Below are positions 9,461 to 22,284 of a stretch of 32,364 nt of DNA, in pieces. The position numbers were made by a program, and so were the translations under genes. This DNA is from Octopus sinensis (Eukaryota), in contig NW_021829595.1 in NCBI RefSeq assembly GCF_006345805.1, forward strand, positions 1 through 32,364. Reading direction: 5' to 3'. Each line of letters begins with the position of its first letter. Position 1 is the stretch's first letter. Below the pieces are notes generated by a model that saw only the letters and a list, made by a program, of their open reading frames with translations, was not told where the DNA came from and did no database searches.

Positions 9461-9533
9461 TGCACAGGTGCCGGGGGGAGGGGTCCGGCATCGGTCGGTA
9501 GTAGATGTGATTTCTTCTGTTAATTTAATTATC

Positions 9534-10080
9534 AGATCAACATCAATGGAATTTGTAGCTGTGATACCAGTGCTGGTGGCACGTAAGAGAGAACATCTGA
9601 ACGTGACATGTAAAAAGCACCATCTGATTGTGGCCATTGCCAGTTTCATCTGGTCTCCATGCCGGTGGCACGTAAAAAGCACCATCCGATCGTGGCCATT
9701 TGCCAGCCTCGTCTGGCACATAAAAAGCACCCACTACACTCACGGAGTGGTTGGCGTTAGGAAGGGCATCCAGCTGTAGAAACACTGCCAGATCAGACTG
9801 GGCCTGGTACAGCCTTCTGGCTTCCTAGACCCCAGTTGAACCGTCCAACCCATGCTAGCATGGAAAGCGGACGTTAAACGATGATGATGAGGAGGAGATA
9901 GTAAGGTAAAAAGCACCCACTACACATCACGGAGTGGTTGGCATTAGGAAGGGCATCCAGCCGTAGGAAACACTGCCAGATTTGACTGGGCCTGATGAAG
10001 CCTTCTGGCTTCACAGACCCCAGTAGAACCGTCCAACCCATGCTAGCATGGAAAACGGACGCTAAACGATGATGATGATG
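9534..10080 (+). repeat. U1: right-arm repeat-B body plus second tandem copy
   Basis: Reverse-complement homologue of the left-arm copies, roughly 90% similar by eye. Confidence 0.9.
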
Positions 10081-10153
10081 ACTATATATTTGTTCTTCAC
10101 TCATTTATTTCTGTTCACCTCATAACCACGCCTGCATACGTATATACAGTCTG

Positions 10154-11644
10154 TTTTACTTGTTTCAGTCATTTGACTGTGGCCATGCTGGAGCACCGCA
10201 TTTAGTTGAGCTAATTGACCCCAGGACTTATTCTTTGTAAACCTAGTACTTATTCTATTGCTCTCTCTTTGCCAAACTGCTAAGTTACGGGGACGTAAAC
10301 ACACCAGCATCGGTTGTCAAACGATGTTTTGGGGACAGACAGACACAAAAACACACACACACATATATTTATACATATATATGATGGGCTTCTTTCAGTT
10401 TCCGTCTGCCAAATCCACTCACAAGGCATTGGTCGGTCCAAGGCTATAGTAGAAGATAGTTGCCCAAGATGCCACGCAGTGGGACTGAACCCGGAACTAT
10501 GTGGTTGGTAAGCAAGCTACTTACCACACAACCACTCCTGCATATATATACATATATACGACAGGCTCCTTTCAGTTTCCATCTACCAAATCCACTCACA
10601 AGGCATTGGTCGGCCCAGGGCTATAGTAGAAGATAGTTGCCCAAGGTGCCACGCGGTGGGACTGAACCTGTAACTATGTGGTTGGTAAGCAAGCTACTTA
10701 CCACACAACCACTCCTGCATATATATATACATATATACGACAGGCTTCTTTCAGTTTCCATCTACCAAATCCACTCACAAGGCATTGGTCGGCCCAGGGC
10801 TATAGTAGAAGATAGTTGCCCAAGGTGCCACGCAGTGGGACTGAACCCGGAACTATGTGGTTGGTAAGCAAGCTACTTACCACACAACCACTCCTGCATA
10901 TATATACATATATACGACAGGCTTCTTTCAGTTTCCATCTACCAAATCCACTCACAAGGCATTGGTCGGCCCAGGGATATAGTAGAAGGTAGTTGCCCAA
11001 GGTGCCACGCAGTGGGACTGAACCCGTAACTATGTGGTTGGTAAGCAAGCTACTTACCACACAGCCACTCCTCATATATATATATGACAGGCTCCTTTCA
11101 GTTTCCATCTACCAAATCCACTCACAAGGCATTGGTCGGCCCAGGGCTATAGTAGAAGATAGTTGCCCAAGATGCCACGCAGTGGGACTGAACCCGTAAC
11201 TATGTGGTTGGTAAGCAAGCTACTTACCACACAACCACTCCTGCATATATATACATATATACGATAGGCTTCTTTCAGTTTCCGTCTACCAAATCCACTC
11301 ACAAGGCATTGGTCGGCCCAGGGCTATAGCAGAAGACACTTGCCCAAGATGCCACGCAGTGGGACTGAACCCAGAACCATGTGGTTGGTTAGCAAACTAC
11401 TTACCACACAGCCACTCCTGCATATATATATATACATATATACGATGAGCTTCTTTCAGTTTCCATCTACCAAATCCACTCACAAGGCATTGGTCGGCCC
11501 AGGGCCATAGCAGAAGACACTTGCCCAAGATGCCACGCAGTGGGACTGAATCCAGAACCATGTGGTTGGTTAGCAAACTACTTTATTTCATATAATATGC
11601 CATTTAGGCATTTTTGCAAACTACTTACCACACAACCACTCCTG
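10154..11644 (-). repeat. U2: SINE-A with 7 x 177-bp heads
   Basis: GGGACTGAA marker occurs 7 times. Confidence 0.93.
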
Positions 11645-11825
11645 TACCTTTGTACAAGGATTTATTACAAGCCATGTATTGGATTTCAGAACAACCTGCT
11701 GCGCTTGAGGAGACCTATTGTGTTCTTCAGTAAATGTTATCATCACGTCATTTGTATATTTAGAACTACATTATTCAACCTGTTCTATTGATTGTGGGAC
11801 ATGATTTAAGGCGATTTTTGGTGAT

Positions 11826-12282
11826 GTTTCGCTTGTCGTAGCACACGTTTCCGTCGATTTCCTCCGTCGATTGTCGATTTCCGTAAAAAAATGTAAACAT
11901 TGAATCGGCCATACATACATACATACACACACACATACATAGACATACACACATACATAGATACATACACACACACATACATGCAGACATACATATACAC
12001 ATACACCGAGTAAAATTTTTTAGTTATCTCTCTCTTTCACACATTACTCTGTCTCTTCACACACACTAACAGAAGCACTTCACTTACACAACATACTGTC
12101 TGTCTCCCACACCCCATCAAACACACACACGGGGACTTCAAAGAGAAATTTCCTCGTCATAAATTCGCTTCCTCTTAGTCTCTTTCGCTCTCATTACTTC
12201 AAAAGTTCCCGCAAGCCCATATGTAAAAAAATAAAAGCTTTTTACGGAAATCGACGGAAACTTGTGCTACGACAAGCGAAAC
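11826..12282. mobile_element. U2: inverted-repeat (MITE-like) element
   Basis: Same 37-bp inverted repeats as 7210-7666. Confidence 0.65.
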
Positions 12283-12506
12283 TTCGCCCGATTTTTTGTT
12301 GTTTTTACTAGAAGGTCAAGCTACCACATTTCTGTATTGAGTAGTAGTATACAACTGGATCTTGTCATTGTTTTCGAAATTTCAAACAAACAAGGTATCA
12401 AGAGAGAGCCACACCAAAAAAGGAAGCTTGATTATGGAAGGTGAGAAACGCATCATATGAGTACTTGATATTCCTACTGCTTTCAACAATGGATTGTTCT
12501 TCTCAA

Positions 12507-12876
12507 TCTCTCTCTATATAAACGGCAGTTTGTCTGTGCGTCTGTTTTCTTGTACCCTCACCCTGACCACGGCTTTCAACCGATTCTGATGAAACTTGAC
12601 ACACACATAGCCCAATGTCATAATTCAAAACTAACGCAGCGAAAATTTTGAAAAGTTCCCCCAGTTCTGAAAAAAATCGATAAATTCGACATGGGGTCGA
12701 GAATCAGAAACACAAACCGCAAACTGTCTAGGGGACGCAACTCCACCTTTTTTAACTAAAAAAAAATTTACCATCATTTTTTTCCATCTTTTTGCTATTT
12801 TTTGGCTATAACTCTCTAAAAATGCTTTATAGTTATTTCCCTTACAAACCCGAGCAACGCCGGGCGATACTGCTAG
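12507..12876 (+). mobile_element. U2: non-autonomous Helitron
   Basis: A|TC...hairpin...CTAG|T as in U1. Confidence 0.85.
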
Positions 12877-12982
12877 TTCTATATATTCTATAGCTACAGA
12901 ATCAGCCTAGTGATCAGTGCTGTACCAGCTAAGTGATAACAGGGCTGTTCCATTTAGGACTTATCAACAGTTGACTATCCTT

Positions 12983-14078
12983 CATCATCATTATCATCAT
13001 CATCGTTTAACGTCCGTTTTCCGTGCTAGCACGGGTTGGACGGTTCGACCGGGGTCTGGGAAGCCAGGGGCTGCTCCAGGCTCCAGTCTGATCTGGCAGA
13101 GTTTCTACGGGGATGCCCTTCCTAACGCCAACCACTCTGTGAGTGTAGTGGGTGCTTTTTACCTTACTATGTCCTCCTCATCATCATCGTTTAACGTCCG
13201 TTTTCCGCGCTAGCATGGGTTGGACGGTTCGACCGGGGTCTGGGAAGCCCGAAGGCTGCTCCAGGCTCCAGTCTGATCTGGCAGAGTTTCTACGGCTGGA
13301 TGCTCTTCCTAACGCCAACCACTCCGCAAGTGTAGTGGGTGCTTTTTACCTTACTACCTCCTCCTCCTCATCATCATCGTTTAACATCCGTTTTCCATGC
13401 TAGCATGGGTTGGACGGTTCGACCGGGGTCTGGGAAGCCCGAAGGCTGCTCCAGTCTGATCTGGCAGAGTTTCTACGGCTGGATGCCCTTCCTAACGCCA
13501 ACCACTCCGTGAGTGTAGTGGGTGCTTTTTACCTTACTATCTCTTCCTCATCATCATCATCGTTTAACGTCCGTTTTCCATGCTAGCATGGGTTGGACGG
13601 TTCGACCGGGGTCTGGGAAGCCAGAAGGCTGCACCAGGCTCCAGTCTGATCTGGCAGAGTTTCTATGGCTGGATGCCCTTCCTAACGCCAACCACTCCGC
13701 GAGTGTAGTGGGTGCTTTTTACCTTACTACATCCTCCTCATCATCATCGTTTAACGTCCGTTTTCCGCGCTAGCACGGGTTGGACGGTTCGACCGGGGTC
13801 TGGGAAGCCAGGGGCTGCTCTAGGCTCCAGACTGATCTGGCAGAGTTTCTACAGCTGGATGCCCTTCCTAACGCCAACCACTCCGTGAGTGTAGTGGGTG
13901 GTGCTTTTTACCTTACTATCTCCTCCTCATCATCATCGTTTAACGTCTGTTTTCCGCGCTAGCACGGGTTGGACGGTTCGACCAGGCTCCAGTCTGATCT
14001 GGAAGAGTTTCTACGGCTGGATGCCCTTCCTAACGCCAACCACTCCGCGAGTGTAGTGGGTGCTTTTTACGTGCCACC
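12983..14078 (-). repeat. U2: left-arm tandem of 6 repeat-B copies
   Basis: Same position-specific variants as U1. Confidence 0.93.
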
Positions 14079-14148
14079 TGCACAGGTGCCGGGGGGAGGG
14101 GTCCGGCATCGGTCGGTAGATGTGATTTCTTCTGTTAATTTAATTATC

Positions 14149-14696
14149 AGATCAACATCAATGGAATTTGTAGCTGTGATACCAGTGCTGGTGGCACGTA
14201 AGAGAACCATCTGAACGTGACATGTAAAAAGCACCATCTGATTGTGGCCATTGCCAGTTTCATCTGGTCTCCATGCCGGTGGCACGTAAAAAGCACCATC
14301 CGATCGTGGCCATTTGCCAGCCTCGTCTGGCACATAAAAAGCACCCACTACACTCACGGAGTGGTTGGCGTTAGGAAGGGCATCCAGCTGTAGAAACACT
14401 GCCAGATCAGACTGGGCCTGGTACAGCCTTCTGGCTTCCTAGACCCCAGTTGAACCGTCCAACCCATGCTAGCATGGAAAGCGGACGTTAAACGATGATG
14501 ATGAGGAGGAGATAGTAAGGTAAAAAGCACCCACTACACATCACGGAGTGGTTGGCATTAGGAAGGGCATCCAGCCGTAGAAACACTGCCAGATTTGACT
14601 GGGCCTGATGAAGCCTTCTGGCTTCACAGACCCCAGTAGTAGAACCGTCCAACCCATGCTAGCATGGAAAACGGACGCTAAACGATGATGATGATG
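14149..14696 (+). repeat. U2: right-arm repeat-B body plus second copy
   Basis: Near identical to 9534-10080. Confidence 0.9.
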
Positions 14697-14769
14697 ACTA
14701 TATATTTGTTCTTCACTCATTTATTTCTGTTCACCTCATAACCACGCCTGCATACGTATATACAGTCTG

Positions 14770-16614
14770 TTTTACTTGTTTCAGTCATTTGACTGGGCCA
14801 TGCTGGAGCACCGCATTTAGTCGAGCTAATTGACCCCAGGACTTATTCTTTGTAAACCTAGTACTTATTCTATTGCTCTCTCTTTGCCAAACTGCTAAGT
14901 TACGGGGACGTAAACACACCAGCATCGGTTGTCAAACGATGTTTTGGGGACAGACAGACACAAAAACACACACACACATATAATTTATACATATATATGA
15001 TGGGCTTCTTTCAGTTTCCGTCTGCCAAATCCACTCACAAGGCATTGGTCGGTCCAAGGCTATAGTAGAAGATAGTTGCCCAAGATGCCACGCAGTGGGA
15101 CTGAACCCGGAACTATGTGGTTGGTAAGCAAGCTACTTACCACACAACCACTCCTGCATATATATACATATATATGACAGGCTTCTTTCAGTTTCCATCT
15201 ACCAAATCCACTCACAAGGCATTGGTCGGCCCAGGGCAATAGTAGAAGATAGTTGCCCAAGGTGCCACGCGGTGGGACTGAACCAAGAACTATGTTGTTG
15301 GTAAGCAAGCTACTTACCACACAACCACTCCTGCATATATATACATATATATGACAGGCTTCTTTCAGTTTCCATCTACCAAATCCACTCACAAGGCATT
15401 GGTCGGCCCAGGGCCATAGCAGAAGACACTTGCCCAAGATGCCACGCAGTGGGACTGAACCCAGAACCATGTGGTTGGTTAGCAAACTACTTAGCACACA
15501 GCCACTCCTGCATATATATACATATATACGATGGGCTTCTTTCAGTTTCCATCTACCAAATCCACTCACAAGGCATTGGTCGGCCCAGGGCTATAGCAGA
15601 AGACACTTGCCCAAGATGCCACGCAGTGGGACTGAACCCAGAACCATGTGGTTGGTTAGCAAACTACTTACCACACAGCCACTCCTGCATATATATACAT
15701 ATATACGATGGGCTTCTTTCAGTTTCCATCTACCAAATCCACTCACAAGGCATTGGTCGGCCCAGGTCCATAGCAGAAGACACTTGCCCAAGATGCCACG
15801 CAGGGGACTGAACCCAGAACCATGTGGTTGGTTAGCAAACTACTTACCACACAGCCACTCCTGCATATATATACATATATACGATGGGCTTCTTTCAGTT
15901 TCCATCTACCAAATCCACTCACAAGGCATTGGTCGGCCCAGGGCTATAGCAGAAGACACTTGCCCAAGATGCCACGCAGTGGGACTGAACCCAGAACCAG
16001 AACCATTGGTTGGTTAGCAAACTACTTACCACACAGCCACTCCTGCATATATATACATATATACGATGGGCTTCTTCAGTTTCCATCTACAAATCCACTC
16101 ACAAGGCATTGGTCGGCCCAGGGCCATAGCAGAAGACACTTGCCCAAGATGCCACGCAGTGGGACTGAACCCAGAACCATGTGGTTGGTTAGCAAACTAC
16201 TTACCACACAGCCACTCCTGCATATATATACATATACGATGGGCTTCTTTCAGTTTCCATCTACCAAATCCACTCACAAGGCATTGGTCGGCCCAGGCCA
16301 TAGCAGAAGACACTTGCCCAAGATGCCACGCAGTGGGACTGAACCCAGAACCATGTGGTTGGTTAGCAAACTACTTACCACACAGCCACTCCTGCATATA
16401 TATACATATATACGATGGGCTTCTTTCAGTTTCCATCTACCAAATCCACTCACAAGGCATTGGTCGGCCCAGGGCCATAGCAGAAGACACTTGCCCAAGA
16501 TGCCACGCAGTGGGACTGAATCCAGAACCATGTGGTTGGTTAGCAAACTACTTTATTTCATATAATATGCCATTTAGGCATTTTTGCAAACTACTTACCA
16601 CACAACCACTCCTG
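14770..16614 (-). repeat. U3: SINE-A with 9 x 177-bp heads
   Basis: GGGACTGAA marker occurs 9 times. Confidence 0.93.
15628..15681 (-). promoter_or_regulatory. Representative Pol III type-2 internal promoter (A-box-like and B-box-like), repeated in each 177-bp monomer
   Basis: Minus strand TGGCTGTGTGG (15671-15681) and GGTTCAGTCCC (15628-15638), 32 nt apart, which is tRNA-like spacing. Both are imperfect matches to consensus; activity unknown. Confidence 0.6.
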
Positions 16615-16795
16615 TACCTTTGTACAAGCATTTATTACAAGCCATGTAATTGGATTTCAGAACAACTGCTGCGCTTGAGGAGACCTATTGTGTTCTTCAG
16701 TAAATGTTATCATCACGTCATTTGTATATTTAGAACTACATTATTCAACCTGTTCTATTGATTGTGGGACATGATTTAAGCCGATTTTTGGTGAT

Positions 16796-17245
16796 GTTTC
16801 GCTTGTCGTAGCACACGTTTCCGTCGATTTCCTCCGTCGATTGTCGATTTCCGTAAAAAATGTAAACATTGAATCGGCCATACATACATACATACACACA
16901 CACATACATACACATATACATAGATACATACACACACACATACATGCAGACATACATATACACATACACCGAGTAAAATTTTTTAGTTATCTCTCTCTTT
17001 CACAAACTCTGTCTCTTCACACCACACTAACAGAAGCACTTCACTTACACAACATACTGTCTGTCTCCCACACCCCATCAAAACACACACACGGGGACTT
17101 CAAAGAGAAATTTCCTCGTCATAAATTCGCTTCCTCTTAGTCTCTTTCGCTCTCATTACTTCAAAAGTTCCCGCAAGCCCATATGTAAAAAAATAAAAAG
17201 CTTTTTACGGAAATCGACGGAAACTTGTGCTACGACAAGCGAAAC
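16796..17245. mobile_element. U3: inverted-repeat (MITE-like) element
   Basis: Same 37-bp inverted repeats. Confidence 0.65.
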
Positions 17246-17468
17246 TTCGCCCGATTTTTTGTTGTTTTTACCAGAAGGTCAAGCTACCACATTTCTGTAT
17301 TGAGTAGTAGTATACAACTGGATCTTGTCATTGTTTTCGAAATTTCAAACAAACAAGGTATCAAGAGAGAGCCACACAAAAAAGGAAGCTTGATTATGGA
17401 AGGTGAGAAATGGATCATATGAGTACTTGATATTCCTACTGCTTTCAACAATGGATTGTTCTTCTCAA

Positions 17469-17832
17469 TCTCTCTCTAATAAACGGCACTTTGTCTGTGC
17501 GTCTGTTTTCTTGTACCCTCACCCTGACCACGGCTTTCAACCGATTCTGATGAAACTTGACACACACATAGCCCAATGTCATAATTCAAAACTAACGCAC
17601 CGAAAATTTTGAAAAGTTCCCCCAGTTCTGAAAAAAATCGATAAATTCGACATGGGGTCGAGAATCAGAAACACAAGCCGCAAACTGTCTAGGGGACGCA
17701 ACTCCACTTTTTTAACTAAAAAAAAATTTACCATCATTTTTTTTCCATCTTTTGCTATTTTTTGGCTATAACTCTCTAAAAATGCTTTATAGTTTCCCTT
17801 ACAACCCGAGCAACGCCGGGCGATACTGCTAG
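17469..17832 (+). mobile_element. U3: non-autonomous Helitron
   Basis: A|TC...hairpin...CTAG|T. Confidence 0.85.
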
Positions 17833-17939
17833 TTCTATATATTCTATAGCTACAGAATCAGCCTAGTGATCAGGCTGTACCAGCTAAGTGATAACAGGGC
17901 TGTTCCATTTAGGACTTATCAACAGTTGACTCTATCCTT

Positions 17940-18850
17940 CATCATCATTATCATCATCATCGTTTAACGTCCGTTTTCCGTGCTAGCACGGGGTGGACGG
18001 TTCGACCGGGGTCTGGGAAGCCAGGGGCTGCTCCAGGCTCCAGTCTGATCTGGCAGAGTTTCTACGGCTGGATGCCCTTCCTAACGCCAACCACTCTGTG
18101 AGTGTAGTGGGTGCTTTTTACCTTACTATGTCCTCCTCATCATCATCGTTTAACGTCTTGTTTTCGCGCTAGCATGGGTTGGACGGTTCGACCGGTGTCT
18201 GGGAAGCCCGAAGCCTGCTCCAGGCTCCAGTCTGATCTGGCAGAGTTTCTACGGCTGGATGCTCTTCCTAACGCCAACCACTCGCAAGTGTAGTGGGTGC
18301 TTTTTACCTTACTACCTCCTCCTCCTCATCATCATCGTTTAACATCCGTTTTCCATGCTAGCATGGGTTTGGATGGTTTTCGACCGGGGTCTGGGAAGCC
18401 CGAAGGCTGCTCCAGTCTGATCTGGCAGAGTTTCTACGGCTGGATGCCCTTCCTAACGCCAACCACTCCGTGAGTGTAGTGGGTGCTTTTTACCTTACTA
18501 TCTCTTCCTCATCATCATCATCGTTTAACGTCCGTTTTCCATGCTAGCATGGGTTGGACGGTTCGACCGGGGTCTGGGAAGCCAGAAGGCTGCACCAGGC
18601 TCCAGTCTGATCTGGCCGAGTTTCTATGGCTCGATGCCCTTCCAAACGCCAACCACTCCGCGAGTGTAGTGGGTGCTTTTTACCTTACTACATCCTCCTC
18701 ATCATCATCGTTTAACGTCCGTTTTCCGCGCTAGCACGGGTTGGACGGTTCGACCAGGCTCCAGTCTGATCTGGAAGAGTTTCTACGGCTGGATGCCCTT
18801 CCTAACGCCAACCACTCCGCGAGTGTAGTGGGTGCTTTTTACGTGCCACC
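17940..18850 (-). repeat. U3: left-arm tandem of 5 repeat-B copies
   Basis: GTTTAA marker at 17962, 18148, 18337, 18523 and 18710. Confidence 0.93.
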
Positions 18851-18920
18851 TGCACAGGTGCCGGGGGGAGGGGTCCGGCATCGGTCGGTAGATGTGATTT
18901 CTTCTGTTAATTTAATTATC

Positions 18921-19463
18921 AGATCAACATCAATGAAATTTGTAGCTGTGATACCAGTGCTGGTGGCACGTAAGAGAACCATCTGAACGTGACATGTAAA
19001 AAGCACCATCTGATTGTGGCCATTGCCAGTTTCATCTGGTCTCCATGCCGGTGGCACGTAAAAAGCACCATCCGATCGTGGCCATTTGCCAGCCTCGTCT
19101 GGCACATAAAAAGCACCCACTACACTCACGGAGTGGTTGGCGTTAGGAAGGGCATCAGCTGTAGAAACACTGCCAGATCAGACTGGGCCTGGTACAGCCT
19201 TCTGGCTTCCTAGACCCCAGTTGAACCGTCCAACCCATGCTAGCATGGAAAGCGGACGTTAAACGATGATGATGAGGAGGAGATAGTAAGGTAAAAAGCA
19301 CCACTACACATCACGGAGTGGTTGGCATTAGGAAGGGCATCCAGCCGTAGAAACACTGCCAGATTTGACTGGGCCTGATGAAGCCTTCTGGCTTCACAGA
19401 CCCCAGTAGAACCGTCCAACCCATGCTAGCATGGAAAACGGACGCTAAACGATGATGATGATG
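18921..19463 (+). repeat. U3: right-arm repeat-B body plus second copy
   Basis: Near identical to the other right arms. Confidence 0.9.
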
Positions 19464-19536
19464 ACTATATATTTGTTCTTCACTCATTTATTTCTGTTCA
19501 CCTCATAACCACGCCTGCATACGTATATACAGTCTG

Positions 19537-20494
19537 TTTTACTTGTTTCAGTCATTTGACTGTGGCCATGCTGGAGCACCGCATTTAGTCGAGCTAATTG
19601 ACCCCAGGACTTATTCTTTGTAAACTAGTACTTATTCTATTGCTCTCTCTTTGCCAAACTGCTAAGTTACGGGGACGTAAACACACCAGCATCGGTTGTC
19701 AAACGATGTTTTGGGGACAGACAGACACAAAAACACACACACACATATATTATAATATAATGATGGGCTTCTTTCAGTTTCCGTCTGCCAAATCCACTCA
19801 CAAGGCATTGGTCGGTCCAAGGCTATAGTAGAAGATAGTTGCCCAAGATGCCACGCAGTGGGACTGAACCCGGAACTATGTGGTTGGTAAGCAAGCTACT
19901 TACCACACAACCACTCCTGCATATATATACATATATATGACAGGCTTCTTTCAGTTTCCATCTACCAAATCCACTCACAAGGCATTGGTCGGCCCAAGGC
20001 TATAGTAGAAGATAGTTGCCCAAGGTGCCACGCAGTGGAACTGAACCCGTAACTATGTGGTTGGTAAGCAAGCTACTTACCACACAACCACTCCTGCATA
20101 TATATACATATATACGACAGGCTTCTTTCAGTTTCCATCTACCAAATCCACTCACAAGGCATTGGTCGGCCCAGGGCAATAGTAGAAGATAGTTGCCCAA
20201 GGTGCCACGCGGTGGGACTGAACCCAGAACCATGTGGTTGGTTAGCAAACTACTTACCACACAGCCACTCCTGCATATATATACATATATACGACGGGCT
20301 TCTTTCAGTTTCCATCTACCAAATCCACTCACAAGGCATTGGTCGGCCCAGGGCTATAGCAGAAGACACTTGCCCAAGATGCCACGCAGTGGGACTGAAC
20401 CCAGAACCATGTGGTTGGTTAGCAAACTACTTACCACACAGCCACTCCTGCATATATATGCATATATACGATGGGCTTCTTTCAGTTTCCATCT
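19537..20494 (-). repeat. U4: SINE-A with 4 x 177-bp heads plus a stub, truncated by a deletion
   Basis: 4 markers; sequence switches at ~20495 to the interior of the inverted-repeat element. Confidence 0.92.
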
Positions 20495-20505
20495 CTTTCA
20501 GTTTC

Positions 20506-20602
20506 GCTCTCATTACTTCAAAAGTTCCCGCAAGCCCATATGTAAAAAAATAAAAAGCTTTTTACGGAAATCGACGGAAACTTGTGCTACGACAAGCGAA
20601 AC
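20506..20602. mobile_element. U4: right remnant of the inverted-repeat element (right IR only, 20566-20602)
   Basis: Left IR and microsatellite are absent. Confidence 0.65.
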
Positions 20603-20826
20603 TTCGCCCGATTTTTTGTTGTTTTTACCAGAAGGTCAAGCTACCACATTTCTGTATTGAGTAGTAGTATACAACTGGATCTTGTCATTGTTTTCGAAAT
20701 TTCAAACAAACAAGGTATCAAGAGAGAGCCACACCAAAAAAGGAAGCTTGATTATGGAAGGTGAGAAATGGATCATATGAGTACTTGATATTCCTACTGC
20801 TTTCAACAATGGATTGTTCTTCTCAA

Positions 20827-21198
20827 TCTCTCTCTATATAAACGGCACTTTGTCTGTGCGTCTGTTTTCTTGTACCCTCACCCTGACCACGGCTTTCAAC
20901 CGATTCTGATGAAACTTGACACACACATAGCCCAATGTCATAATTCAAAACTAACGCACCGAAAATTTTGAAAAGTTCCCCCAGTTCTGAAAAAAATCGA
21001 TAAATTCGACATGGGGTCGAGAATCAGAAACACAAGCCGCAAACTGTCTAGGGGACGCAACTCCACCTTTTTTAACTAAAAAAAAAATTTACCATCATTT
21101 TTTTTCCATCTTTTTGCTATTTTTTGGCTATAACTCTCTAAAAATGCTTTATAGTTATTTCCCTTACAAACCCGAGCAACGCCGGGCGATACTGCTAG
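20827..21198 (+). mobile_element. U4: non-autonomous Helitron
   Basis: A|TC...hairpin...CTAG|T. Confidence 0.85.
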
Positions 21199-21306
21199 TT
21201 CTATATATTCTATAGCTACAGAATCAGCCTAGTGATCAGTGCTGTACCAGCTAAGTGATAACAGGGCTGTTCCATTTAGGACTTATCAACAGTTGACTCT
21301 ATCCTT

Positions 21307-22212
21307 CATCATCATTATCATCATCATCGTTTAACGTCCGTTTTCCGTGCTAGCACGGGTTGGACGGTTCGACCGGGGTCTGGGAAGCCAGGGGCTGCTC
21401 CAGGCTCCAGTCTGATCTGGCAGAGTTTCTACGGCTGGATGCCCTTCCTAACGCCAACCACTCTGTGAGTGTAGTGGGTGCTTTTTACCTTACTATGTCC
21501 TCCTCATCATCATCGTTTAACGTCCGTTTTCCGCGCTAGCATGGGTTGGACGGTCGACCGGTGTCTGGGAAGCCCGAAGGCTGCTCCAGGCTCCAGTCTG
21601 ATCTGGCAGAGTTTCTACGGCTGGATGCTCTTCCTAACGCCAACCACTCCGCAAATGTAGGGGTGCTTTTTACCTTACTACTCCTCCTCCTCATCATCAT
21701 CGTTTAACATCCGTTTTCCATGCTAGCATGGGTTGGACGGTTCGACCGGGGTCTGGAAGCCCGAAGGCTGCTCCAGTCTGATCTGGCAGAGTTTCTACGG
21801 CTGGATGCCCTTCCTAACGCCAACCACCACTCCGTGAGTGTAGTGGGTGCTTTTTACCTTACTATCTCTTCCTCATCATCATCATCGTTTAACGTCCGTT
21901 TTCCATGCTAGCATGGGTTGGACGGTTCGACCGGGGTCTGGGAAGCCAGAAGGCTGCACCAGGCTCCAGTCTGATCTGGCAGAGTTTCTATGGCTGGATG
22001 CCCTTCCAAACGCCAACCACTCCGCGAGTGTAGTGGGTGCTTTTTACCTTACTACATCCTCCTCATCATCATCGTTTAACGTCCGTTTTCCGCGCTAGCA
22101 CGGGTTGGCGGTTCGACCAGGCTCCAGTCTGATCTGGAAGAGTTTCTACGGCTGGATGCCCTTCCTAACGCCAACCACTCCGCGAGTGTAGTGGGTGCTT
22201 TTTACGTGCCAC
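21307..22212 (-). repeat. U4: left-arm tandem of 5 repeat-B copies
   Basis: Same variant pattern as U3. Confidence 0.92.
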
Positions 22213-22284
22213 TGCACAGGTGCCGGGGGGAGGGGTCTGGCATCGGTCGGTAGATGTGATTTCTTCTGTGTTAATTTAATTATC

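Noticed and set aside
15980-16010. Small unit-specific indels such as CCAGAACCAGAACC, AAGAAGCAAGC and homopolymer changes
   Set aside because: The pattern is typical of long-read consensus error; not used as biological evidence.
15430-16761. 59-aa repeat ORFs (also at 3868-4650, 23587-24357, 28177-29318)
   Set aside because: 177 bp equals 59 codons of the antisense SINE head; open in two frames at once and frameshifted at random.
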